From: Phoronis australis
Taxonomy: Eukaryota; Animalia; Phoronida
DNA length: 64,000 nt
Assembly (NCBI GenBank): GCA_002633005.1
Contig: NMRA01000171.1
Location: 664,669 to 728,668 of the forward strand
Direction: 5' to 3'
Each line of letters begins with the position of its first letter. The stretch's first letter is position 1. Both the position numbers and the translations under genes were made by a program. This document shows positions 1 through 12,100 of this stretch, piece by piece. The notes beneath the pieces are model-generated. The model was not told where the DNA came from. It worked only from the letters and a program-made list of their open reading frames with translations, and searched no databases.

Positions 1-406
1 TAATGCAATATTAGAGGGACTTGGTGAATGAAAGAACAGAGGATACATACGGAGCTGCTTTGTGCCAGGCGAGATAGTCAATATTTGAGTGACAGCCCCG
101 AAACCTTTGACCTCGGATAAGTAGTAAACAAATTTCCACGTGGTTGTGTGGTTAGAAAGTCGTTCTGCTAAATCTTTTCTTCTCGCTTCACGATATATAT
201 TTCATATTTGAAGTTCCCGGAGAATGAAGATAAGGTATTTTGCTAGACATATGTGAAATATCGTAAAAATGGCCAATTTTTGTGAATAAGGTTTGAGATA
301 TCCTTAAATAAATTACCACTGAGCTCGTTCATTTGTCTAATTTTTTTATTTCAAATACATATTAATAACAACTTTGTACCCAGATCAAGAACATTGCATT
401 ACTTAC

Positions 407-3400
407 TTTTCAGTTGTTGTTTTTTGATATGCTGAACAACTCTGAACCTGCTGCACTCTGGTTGCCAGTTGCCGATTCTTTTTGAAATTCTCGATAATTG
501 TGCGCGTCTGGCGGTCACATTCTTTCTGCAGTATTTGCAAGAATGTGAGCATTCTGCCAGGTCCTAACAGTGAAGAACAGAGAACATTAATTCACGTGAA
601 TGACATGATTATTTCAAGAACAAAGACATCAAGTTCCAGAGAAAAACATCTTTAATAAAGAATATTGTTTCAACCTGTCATAAATACCACTACATAGTTA
701 CAGTTATTTTAATTCACCTGATGCCCAGACACGAAGTTACGTTAAAGTTCCAAAAAAATTTTGTAAAATTTATGTAAAGTAATCTGCACATTATGTAATC
801 ATTGAGATTTCTTGACAAAATTGTTTCTAATTCGTCATGGACACTTGTCAGAGAATTCTTCGTGTGACCTCAGTTGCTGAAATAATTAGACGTAACTGAC
901 ATTTTTAATAATCTTCAGCTATTCAGGGTAGAGTTCAGTAGCTGTCTTGCAGCAATGTCTTAGGTAATCTCGCAGTCTTGCTTTTCTAGTGAAGTTCTAA
1001 TGTTATTGAACTCTAGCCAGGTTATGTGCATCTAAGACATTATACAAACCACATTACGATAGTAAGTCTAGTCACAGTAACTCTCACCAGGTTATGTGGA
1101 CCTAAGACATTATACAAACCACATTACGATAGTAAGTCTAGTCACAGTAACTCTCACCAGGTTATGTGCATCTAAGACATTATACAAACCACGTTACCAT
1201 AGTAAGTCTCCACCAAGGGCTGGTGTATTTCCACAACTCGTGCAATCCCTTCAAACAACAATGTGACAGTGTCTGCAAACAACACGTTTGCCCTTTTGTC
1301 AGTTGAACTCATGGCTAAAGCAGTCTTTAAATTCTGTTCCGTTTTCTCACCCATCTAAAAATGAGGGTCTTCGTTAATACGAGAGACAAAATGTTGGCCA
1401 TTTCTTCCATACACAGTCCTGTACAGAATTTTTTTCACATTATAACAATATAGCTTACCATAATCCTTCATTTTGTTAAGTACAAAACTGGCCTAAACAT
1501 GTTCCTTGGTCAGACTAGAAATGGCTTCTAGACTTGGAAAGATCCAACAGCTCGTTATGGCTTAAGATCAGGCTCACTTTACTAGCCGAGTCTGGTCATA
1601 AGCAATAAGAAACTGTCAGCCCTTCCTCAGCCCACAAATTACTTCTAGTGTGAGGAAGGAAAAAGTTGCGACCAGTTTTGGAAAGTGGTGTAAATTAAGT
1701 TAATTTTTTGACAGAAGTAACTTTAAGTAACCTACTGTTATGATTATAAAACAATATTGCTAGTCTTAAACACAGCGTTTTTGGTGAGGTTTTCTAAAAA
1801 TACAAACATTCGTTCTAGACAAAAGCTGTTTTTGTAACTGAGAAATTGCGAGTACACATATCTGTTTGCATTTCACGAGTTCCAAGGATGTAATACATGA
1901 TTAACCATGGAACAATGGTACCTGCACTCAAGGTTCTCTCTCACTTAATGTGTATCCAAATTACCCTTTAGAGACGCCAGGAAAAGGGAGCAGCTAAATA
2001 GTCATTTCCATGAGAACATGGAAAAGAGTCAATAATTAATGCTGCAGGTAAATGGTCCAAAAAGACATGTAGGCAAGCACACATGCACATCGTCTGGCCA
2101 CGTCAACCAATTACACTTTCAGACACTTGTCTGAATAGTCTGCAAATCCAGCACATTTGACATAATGTCTTTTACCATTACACTGCCCTTTACACAAAGA
2201 ACTTCAATCAAATAACCTTTAAATTTCATGAAAAAAATCAGTTCTCTACCTTGTATATGCAGGTAACTAGTACATTATCCAAATGAAACATACATACCCA
2301 AAGAACTATCAATACTGCAGTAATTTTCCATTTATTTCACACAAAAATAATTACCAAAATAGTCACTTTTCAAACTAAGACCTTGCTGCAAACTTTACTT
2401 CAATTATTTTGTGTTACTAAATCTGCACACTACAGACCATGCTGGTAATACACCACTATGTTATTAATAATTTCTAATGGGGAGAAATTTGACAAAACAG
2501 AACTTCACTTGTCGGCCGTATTGTGCGGTAAATAAGTGGAGAATCACCACCATGCGACCACAGCACTCTGCCACGAAGTCACTTTAAAATGACCACCGAC
2601 CAAAAGAGTAAGAAAGTAGTTTTAATATAAAGAAACCCAACCTGAGCTGATAGATATTTAGAGAACTTTTGTAATCCTTCGTCGTGTAGTTTGAGAAGTG
2701 GAAATACTTTGAAGAAACGTTCCACGGAGGCCACATCGCCGGCGTGTACAGCAGCATCAAATCTATTGTGTACGATTGACTTGAGTTTGGCCTCAGCCTC
2801 ATGTAGCAAGTGAAATGATGTGTCCAGAGTACTGCTGCCTGGAAAACAGTAAGTACATAAGATGTTTACGCAGTAAATGTTAAACTATTCTTACGTAAAG
2901 AGGTATTTTGTTTCAGGTGAGTCAATATCCTGCCAGCTACAGAAAGCAATTACCCGCATTGCATGACCATAGATGGCAAGAACAAGAATAAGACCATTAC
3001 AAAATAAAGATCCAATCTATTTGGATCTTCGGGCGGCTTTGTTCATCACAGGAATAGAATTGATTTGTCATTATATTGCTCTTAATTATGCTGTCTATGG
3101 ACATGTGATGATGGTCTCCCTGTAATAGAGTGGACTTTATTCACCAGATATAAAAGAAAGCAACTCAAGCTGGTCAGAAATACTAACTAGTTGTTTATTC
3201 AATTTGTCTACAAGAAAATCTGCATCCAACATTTATCCACTTAAAGAGCTACTGAACGTAGTTCTTTGTATTGGTGGTTTAGACTTCAGGTCCTGGCGAT
3301 GCATTTAGTTTGGCAGGGTATTAAGGATATGTGGCTTTTCTGAGAGCTCAACTACCTTTTTGTGGAGTTTATACTTTACACACAAACTAAGTAAAGTGCC

Positions 3401-6400
3401 TCTTTAACTTGTTGACGTATAAAATAAATATTAATAATTATGTGCACATGTGTCGATAAGATGTGAAAATTTCATTCAACGGATTTTACAATTATCACCC
3501 TAAGCACAGTTGAGTATTATGTTTCTCTATTAACTTCCACAAATGATTGACATAAACTGCATTTCAATAGTGAGTCGGTCACTGTTTGGTTTATGCACGT
3601 AAATGCAGAAACAGTATGCGGGTCTTGTGCTAGGTTATTTGTCACTTCCCTATTGTAGTTAATAAAAGCCAGGAATGGCAACCGATACTGAAAATGAAAA
3701 TAAGATATTAACCAAAGGTTTGCATTGTTAGTAATGATAACATAAACAATCTTAGCTTTCTCCTTCAAAAAGAACTTATAACAAAACTATGATTGTACAT
3801 ACCATCTGTAGCATCCGCTGTCATTCGTAAAACGTTTTCATCTAAACTCAGGAAACGGTGCACATGGGCTGCAGCCTAAATGGGAAAGTTGAAGTACATC
3901 TGAATTGTTGTGCAAAGTGAATCAGCGTACATTTTATCAAAAGCCGTACACCAGGTCGCAGCCAAGACCATTGTAGCATGTGATTGGTGAATGCGATGCT
4001 CTATCTATAGACACAATTGAAACACTGAAACTACCATCAATTCTACATTCAAACGTACTCAGACACAATAGCTTCACAAACCACTTTTAATGAACTGTGT
4101 GTCTGTAAATATTGCGGTTATTAACGTTTTAGCTACCAATGGGTGTACGATCTTTGATTAAGTAGGTCACTGGGGTTCATTTCACACTAGTTAAGGCCAC
4201 AAAGGATGCCCGTAGCTTTGGCAAGGACGTAATGATTCGGTAGAGTTTGTTGAACAGGGTTGCTTAGTGCTTGGTCTCAACTTGACGATCACATGTGATA
4301 ACTTGCAGTGATGATACAACAACTATCCAATTACCATTTTCAACCACACATCAATAAATAAATATCATCAAAACCTTAGAAATCATTTTCATGATGCACA
4401 CAAAAATCATCGTCAAATAGACAATATATGATTTGTATGCCAGTATCTTAAGAAAAACAAATTCAATGATAAAACATAACCCGTGAATTGCAAAAATTAT
4501 CTCTTAAAGCAAAATTCAAAAAACCCTGTTGTCACAAGCACAATTCCTGTCATTTCTCTTGTTGACCCAAATATTGATACGTGATCTCAACAAATATGGA
4601 GGTCAGAATACAATCAACAGGACAATGTGTGTTTACCTGTTCATAATCTTCATTCTGCAGTGCACTCTGAACACCATCAGTGCAGAACTTGAGATCTAAA
4701 ATGTCTTCCACTCTCTGCATACACGAAGTCACGCGACTCTGCAGCAAATACAAACAAGCCACAACTTTAAAGCGGCTGGTTCCTTCAAAGAAACTAACAT
4801 TTCATTTCGACATTTACCCCTATAAAATTATGTCAATTTATACCCAACTCAGATGAGACATGGTTTTGGGGCTTGGAAAAAAGCAATTCATTATTATTTG
4901 GGATCATGCTCATAAAATGACACGTCGTGACAAGCTTAAGTGTAAAAGCCTAGTTTTAAGCCATGACAAACTCATCGCCATTTATTTTGCACACGACAAA
5001 CTGTCAGTAAATGAATCTTGTTTTCATTTATTATCAGAGCATTGTTTGATGCTCAAACCAAATCAATTTGAAAATGTAAGATCAAGCACAGACAAGTTAA
5101 CATGACTTGGAAACCTTAAATTGAAAATCTTAGAATCCCTGGTCAAATTTAAGCTAGTCACCTTTGCCAGATCAAGTTGCCGGACTTTACTGCTGACGTT
5201 TTCAGCTAGTTTTGACGTAAATGATACCATGCCAGACAGCTGTTTGGAATCGTCATGGATAACATGAAGATTAGGCCTGGAGAGAAACAAGCAAAGGCAA
5301 AACACTAACATGAGGCTGCGTGAGAAATGGAAAGTTAAACTTTCCTCAAAATCTTATAATTTTTGCAAACAAGTCTCTGTGTGTCATACATATAAAGTTG
5401 AGCTTCATTCAAAATCTTTGATTTTTGCAAATTAACATTGTTAATGCAAATTACTTCATATGCACCAACAGCGTAAACTTAACTGCGCTGCTTTTTTATT
5501 TCAAAATTGAGCTAAACACACGTGAGAACTTCTTGATAAGACTACTTACAGCATATTGTGGAGTGTCTGCATCTTGGACTCCAGTGAGGTCTGGTGTTCT
5601 AGCAAAAGGTCAAGCTCCGAAGAGATTTTATCCTGAAAAAAAAGTGAGAATTAAGCAGTTATGCTCAAGACAGACAATCTAACAGTAAGTATTTGTTCAA
5701 GGTAATTGGCTACCTTAGTGACTAAGGACAAAATTATGCAACTTTTTAAAGATTTAATTCTAGACCACTATTTTAAAATTCTTGGCGATCATAGATTCTC
5801 AGGATGAAAAATGAACACTGCGCGCAGTGGGTGGTATGACGTCATATCCCCTGGAGTGTGTAGTGTAAAAATGGATCGATTTTGGGAACCGAATGAAGGA
5901 CTGCTCGAAGAAAAAGTTTGATAACAAGTTTGAAGGAATTAAATACATCGATAGCCTCCTAGGCTAAGGTGTCCCTCTATGTGCAAAAGGTATTTATAAC
6001 AACGTGAATTTGATGTTTTAGTCAGTTGAGGCATAATTCCCAGAAAACCTTGCGGCGTATGAAGCTCCTATAGCGGATGGGAGCTACACCGTCTCGACTC
6101 TAGTGAGTGACAGTGAGTCAGCTAGAGACAGTGGTCACTCAGGTCAGTGTGTACTTGGTCTTGGATAGTAGACAACATATTTGAATATTAATAGTTAATT
6201 GTTTGAAGTGATCCTTATAAAAGGCTGTTGTGAAAGTGCTTCCGGTGAATCATATATGAGCCCCTGTTAGCCACTCGCTAACGGGCAATTGCATATTAGC
6301 ATTAGCTGAATGGTTAGCACGCTCGCCGGACGCCGGTTAAATCGGTCGCTGGTTCGATTCCCGAGGTTGGGCAATCTCGGCTATTAAGACAAGGCGTTAG

Positions 6401-6710
6401 CGTAGTTACTCTTCTTCATTGTTCGTGTACTTAATTAACAACAGGTTTGACCTGTTTGTATTAGTCATTAGTGGTTATTACTGCCTGGTCTAATCGTTCA
6501 ATCTCCATCCACCTAAAATCACAGAACATAGCTACCTTTCAAACAAACCCACAGTCAATTTCTGACACAAACATTAATTCGTTTTTAAAAAAATAAGACC
6601 TCTTGTTGGCATAACTCCTGAAATTCCAATTTCATGCTGTCCATATCCCTCATATTTTCAAAAGTTTCAGGGGACTGGGACGTGGCATCCGAATTCATGG
6701 AGGCAGCCAT
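407..6710 (-). CDS. COG4: Conserved oligomeric Golgi complex subunit 4, 5' part (coding exons 1-8; gene continues beyond the left edge)
   Basis: Exons (minus strand, all GT-AG, phases consistent): 6600-6710 (MAASMNSD...ELCQQE), 5550-5632, 5162-5276 ([38 protein letters not shown]), 4637-4738 ([23 protein letters not shown]), 3803-3875, 2642-2838 ([18 protein letters not shown]), 1198-1354 ([28 protein letters not shown]), 407-563 (ECDRQ...TTEK). Peptides match recalled human COG4. Confidence 0.95.
924..1021. mobile_element. Short palindromic MITE-like repeat; related copies at ~37150-37305 and ~43998-44135
   Basis: Inverted ends AGAGTTCAGTA...TATTGAACTCT. The internal GTCTTGCTTTTCTAGYGARGTYCTA segment recurs at three places in the window. 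Confidence 0.55.
1017..1209. repeat. 70-bp tandem repeat (x2.8) overlapping the 3' end and donor of COG4 exon 7
   Basis: Units start at 1017, 1087 and 1157 (CCAGGTTATGTGCATCTAAGACATTATACAAACCAC...). Confidence 0.95.
6296..6375 (+). mobile_element. tRNA-derived SINE head or tRNA pseudogene in COG4 intron 1
   Basis: Pol III A box TAGCTGAATGG (6303-6313) and B box GGTTCGATTCC (6351-6361). Acceptor and T stems do not pair. Confidence 0.5.
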
Positions 6711-6782
6711 TTTCCGGAACAACAGAGAATTGTGGGATAGCTGTGTGATAGGTCGCCATTGTTGTTGCCGGTACAGGTAATG
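6706..6782. promoter_or_regulatory. Bidirectional COG4/SF3B3 promoter and probable non-coding first exon of SF3B3 (donor CAG/GTAATG at 6776/6777)
   Basis: YY1-like AAAATGGC over the COG4 ATG, ETS palindrome TTCCGGAA (6712-6719), ZNF143/Staf-like TCCCACAAT on the minus strand (~6727-6737), YY1-like CGCCATTGTT (6754-6763). The SF3B3 ATG exon begins at an acceptor (9098/9099), so an upstream exon is required. Confidence 0.6.
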
Positions 6783-7606
6783 TTTTAGTTTTTATCTACT
6801 AACATCTTCGCTACTAAGATTCAAAAACGTGTGCAAGAAATTGAATGAACATCCTTTAGATACAGTTTTATATATTTTGAGCTTGATGACTACTGGGTAT
6901 TAATTTTACTTCATGAAAAAGCGAGGCATTGAGCAGTCATGTCGGACCATTGATCAAGTAGCTTGCAAAATCACAGGCTGTATTCCTCAGACCAAGACAT
7001 TTGGTTGCACTTTGGCGAAAAAAAAGCAATCCTACCCCCAAATGTATGAATTCTTTACCATTGTTCTACATGGCACTGGTCGGAAGCAGCGATCCCTGAT
7101 TTTGAGAACCAGGCGATCACTGAATAACGACCCGGTTCCCAGTATCGCCTATCGTAGGGAGGACAACGTTTTTTAATTTTTTTTAAAATACCCATGTGTC
7201 ATACATTTTTGAAAAGCCCTTGGTGTGAGAAATGAAATGGTACAAAAATCAGAAAAATTGGATGAGCGGTTGACGAGAAAATGGCCGTTGAAACGCGACG
7301 ATTATGCGTAAAATATCTGCCTTTTTACATAATTTCGTAAAAAATAAAAGAATATACATGTGCTGCATATAAAAAGATTCGTCTAATTGAGACAAACATG
7401 ATGGTGTGTATTATATAAAATTTGGATCGATTTCTACAGAGATATTGCTGTTTAAGTGTGATGTTATAGCATATAGAACAGGCTCATCATGTTTGATGAA
7501 AACAATGGATTACACAGCTTAAAAGATAACGAGCAAAGACACCACATCAGCTCAGAAATAAATACATCTAAGCTAGGAGGAAATTTCACATCAAATCACA
7601 AGATCA

Positions 7607-7771
7607 CATTGGTGGATTTGGGGGGGCAAGGGGGCCTGGCCCGTGCCCCCCTAAAACTCCCATATTATTTCATTTGGCAGTTTGAGGGTGCAAATATCTT
7701 ACGGATAAAATCCTGCGTAATACTCTGCCCTGCCCCCCCCCTTCTATCTAAAAATCCTAGATCTGCCCCTG
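7607..7771. mobile_element. hAT-type MITE (CAGGGGCGGATCTAG-like termini)
   Basis: Ends CATTGGTGGATTTGGGGGG...CTAGATCTGCCCCTG, the same family as 36790-38056 and 41979-42134. Confidence 0.6.
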
Positions 7772-9107
7772 AATACTACTACATGGGCAACACATCATTG
7801 CCCGACAGTGACAGGGGGCTGGGGGAGGCTACACTGTGATCCCCACTTTTTTCAGTGCTGGGTGCCACCCATGTACTATTAAATTGTATCATGACAAAAA
7901 ACATCAGAAAGTAGACAAAAGACCATTTGGGAAAACAAATCACTCTTAACATAAAGGATTTCATCATTTACGCAACAAAAACTTTGTAACAACTTTATTT
8001 CGAACGGTGAAGTTGCGATGCCATTGAACTTCAACGTAGCCGATGGTGGCGCTGACATGCGGCGACTTAGTGAACTAACGACTGCTGTTTGAAAAGTGCC
8101 AATGCGCAGCAGTTTGACAGAATTTCTGAAAATTAAATAATTACCAATTAAAAGAGTGATAAATTCCTCATCTAAAAATCGGGGGGGCATATTGCGCAAC
8201 TGGAAAAACATCAATCTCCCGACCGACCAAAATTAGGCCTTCCGGACGATCGAAAACTCGCCATGAAAACTTGGCCTTGACTTCAAGAAAACAACTTGAG
8301 GAGATGCGCACGCATCTAAACTACATCCTGTCCAAATTTCATGTTTGTATTTGAGAGTATAGTGCTCTTTTGGATAGGAGGAACAAGAGGTACTTTTTCG
8401 AAAGTTGATTGCATGGCAGAAAATCGTGCGCTAAAAAAAGCTTACAAAAAATGATTTATCAGCGCTAATTTGATACAAAAAGATTACAAACTTACAAATA
8501 AAGACTAAGGTAACGATTTATAACACAAAATTGTCTTATAGTTAACTTTGAAGTTTGAAATCGGGTAATTTACCGACGTGGGTTTTACACGGAGGCAGAT
8601 ATGGAGCACCGTGACCTACTTTTTGATTGTCCTCCCTACCTATCGCACCACAGGCATAGGCGTCCGCGGCTTGTGATCGTCCCCAATACACTACATACAA
8701 TACTACAAGGTATGACACTCCCGACTAGAAATTCCACGGGTGCTTCACTTAAGCCGTCCATAGCAAACATAAAACTCAATGAATTTACACAAAACAGGGT
8801 TTCAACAAACCATCAATTGTTCTTCTAGTACTATTCACGGTGTCTCCAGCGAGCACAAAAATGTTCCCAAAAAGCCTACACATCAGTTCTTTGACGTTTC
8901 AAGGTCAAATGGGAATTGAAGTTGTCAAAACTGTCAACAATGTGACCTAAAAAGTTGTAGAGTGAGCATAAGTTAGGTTGTTGGTCACCTAGATGGCGAG
9001 CAAATTTACTTTACTGTAGCGATTCAAGATCTGGATTGCTTAGGAGACACCAACACCTGAGTGGTCAACTGAATTATGAATGTCTTCTTCTTTTGAAGGT
9101 GTTCAAG

Positions 9108-12100
9108 ATGTTTCTGTACAACTTGACCCTGCAACGTGCCACTGGCATCACACATGCCGTGCACGGCAACTTTTCCGGCAGTAAACAGCAAGAGATTGTC
9201 GTCTCGCGTGGCAAAATATTGGAGTTGTTGCGACCAGACCCCAACACTGGCAAAGTGTATACCTTGTTATCGGTTGAAATATTTGGTGTAATCCGGTCAT
9301 TGATGCCGTTCCGACTGACAGGAGGAACGAAAGGTTAGTAGAACTGGTAATAACATGAAAATTGCAGGAGGTATGTTGGTAGAAATGCTTGATCTGATAG
9401 TTTTTGATAGATTGTATCTGACTTTCATTTGTTTAACGTAGTTGTTCTTCATGTAAATTGATACAAAAATACTATCATAGCACTTCTTAGTCTCAGGTGC
9501 TAATCTTTTTCAACAAAGCTGTATTTCATAATTATGAGTATTGAGTTTTTGCTCAAAATTTGTTGCAATCTATGAATTATTCCTGGTATTTAGAATTGCG
9601 TTATTGCGCGAAAACACGCTGCAAAATCTCACCAGTTTCGGACACAATATTTCAGATAGGGGAAATTTTAGCTTCATGCTAGTTTCAAATGTTCTGGTTG
9701 TGTAACTTAGCTGCTATCTGACAAGATTTTTAAAATGTTGGGCATTCACTGCACTGTTCAAAGTTTCTAATGAATACAAAAGGACAGCTGTGCCAATTGT
9801 TTTTCATGTGAATGAGTTAGTGTTGAACCTAACTGCTCTTTGCTGAACAGTTTTACAATATTCCTCACCATACACATATTCTCGCTTACAGACTATGTCA
9901 TTGTGGGTTCTGACTCGGGTAGGATAGTTATCCTGGAGTACATTCCGTCCAAGAACCAGTTTGAGAAGGTGCACCAGGAAACATTTGGAAAGAGTGGCTG
10001 CCGTCGTATTGTACCCGGCCAGTTCTTGGCTATTGACCCCAAAGGCAGGGCAGTCATGATAGGTAATTGACCATCCATGACCAGTCTTGATAGGATGACT
10101 TCTAGCACATGTCTGTTTTGCTTGAGCGGTCGGCATGAGTTTAATACGTTTTTCCTGCTGAAAGCTTTCTGAGTTTGTTTGACTCGCAGCCCAGCTCCAC
10201 AGTAATTGTTCCTATCGATACTGTGGCGTTACTAACTGCGTAGACTAATGAAGTGCTGCTATATCACATGGCATGTTGGTTGGTGTGTGGTACGAAGTTC
10301 TACGACAAGAGCATAACATGTATTCCTGGCCCTATTGTCCATGAGAAATGTATAATTGGTCAGATTAAAATTGAATGCAGAGCATTGGTTTATTTTGATA
10401 CTACTAAAACTGTTAAATGTGTACCCTCCTTCATGAGGTTTCCTGGTCTATATTACGTTGCTGGGGAATTTCTTTATTGGTGAATTTCTAAGAAAGCTAA
10501 ATGAACTGTTTGGGTCATGACCAACTGACGTAGCTGTATATGTTATGTGAGACTTTGAGTGCTCCAACTCCGACTCGGTTTGTGTAGTGTGTAATAGTCA
10601 CTCAGCTTATCTGTCTCCACTCCAGGTGCTGTTGAGAAGCAAAAGCTGGTGTACATTCTCAACAGAGATGCCCAGGCCAGACTGACCATATCTTCACCTC
10701 TTGAGGCACACAAGTCAAACACACTGGTCTATCACATGGTGGGGGTGGACGTCGGCTTTGAGAATCCCACGTTTGCCTGCTTGGAAATAGACTACGAGGT
10801 AAGATGTTATGTGCCTGTTACCTATTAGATAAACACACCAGAATTTGACAGTCATTAAGTTATACAATGGGAATGTAGATTTGGTAGTCCTATAGATCAA
10901 CCTAAGGGGGTGTTGTTTGTCCGCATTAATACTTGTTTATTGGACAAAGCTACATAGTTCAACAGTCCACAAAGTACTGTGTAAATTTACTTGCGCTTTG
11001 GTACATTTTAAATATTACCTGCAGTAAATAGAATGAATGGTCTTTACCCTGACTCATTGTAACACCTATGGTCACTGAGTAAAAAAGACGTCTGTTAATT
11101 TCAGCCAAGGTTTTGTGCGTTTTTTTAATGCTTACGAGGGCACTGAAATCAGATTTTCTTAGTGATGAGCAAAAAACAAATTCCACATTTTTGGTCCTCC
11201 CAGGTGAATTTTCTTTTTATGCGCCCACATATTTATATGTGGACGTATTATACCGTCATCTCCGTCCGTCCGGGCGGCGTCCGTCTGGCGTCCGGCGTCC
11301 GTCTGGCGTCCGTCTGGCGTCCGGCGTCCGCTGCTTTATCTCCAAAACCCTTTGACACACGTTCATGAAATTTGGCACATATGTTCCATTCATGAATGGG
11401 ACGGCATATGTGAACTTTCGGACGGATCCGACTACCGGTGTGCCCCCTAGTGGCAATTTTAGTTTTTTACGCTTATCTTTGTATCTTCAAAAGTCCTGAA
11501 CAGATTTTCATAAAATTTGGTATGTAGGCACCTATTAGTGAGATGATGCTATCCTCCCGTTTTCGGATGGTTTCGACGTAGTTTGCGCCACCTAGTGGCC
11601 GTTTTTATTGTTTTCGTGTCTGTTTTTTGTGTCCACCCCTCTATCAACCAAACTGCTCAAAGGATGATTGTGAAAATTGGCTTGTATGCGCTTACTATAA
11701 AGAGGACGGTTGACGATGATTTTCCGACGATTTNNNNNNNNNNNNNNNNNNNNNNNNNNNNNNNNNNNNNNNNNNNNNNNNNNNNNNNNNNNNNNNNNNN
11801 NNNNNNNNNNNNNNNNNNNNNNNNNNNNNNNNNNNNNNNNNNNNNNNNNNNNNNNNNNNNNNNNNNNNNNNNNNNNNNNNNNNNNNNNNNNNNNNNNNNN
11901 NNNNNNNNNNNNNNNNNNNNNNNNNNNNNNNNNNNNNNNNNNNNNNNNNNGACTATGAAGGAAAAGTTCCAAGTAGAAATTTGTTTCTGGCATTCTAATG
12001 CTGTGCTAATCTCGTATGTTGGTAAATTTGTTTTTAATTCTGTTTCTGTGGTGCTTTAAGCAACTGATATATAGGATGTGCTTGTATTATGAAGATCACT

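Noticed and set aside
6296-6375. Functional tRNA gene
   Set aside because: No acceptor-stem or T-stem pairing and no credible anticodon arm.
11583-12059. Long ORFs across 11583-12059
   Set aside because: Artefacts of the N gap inside a HINE.
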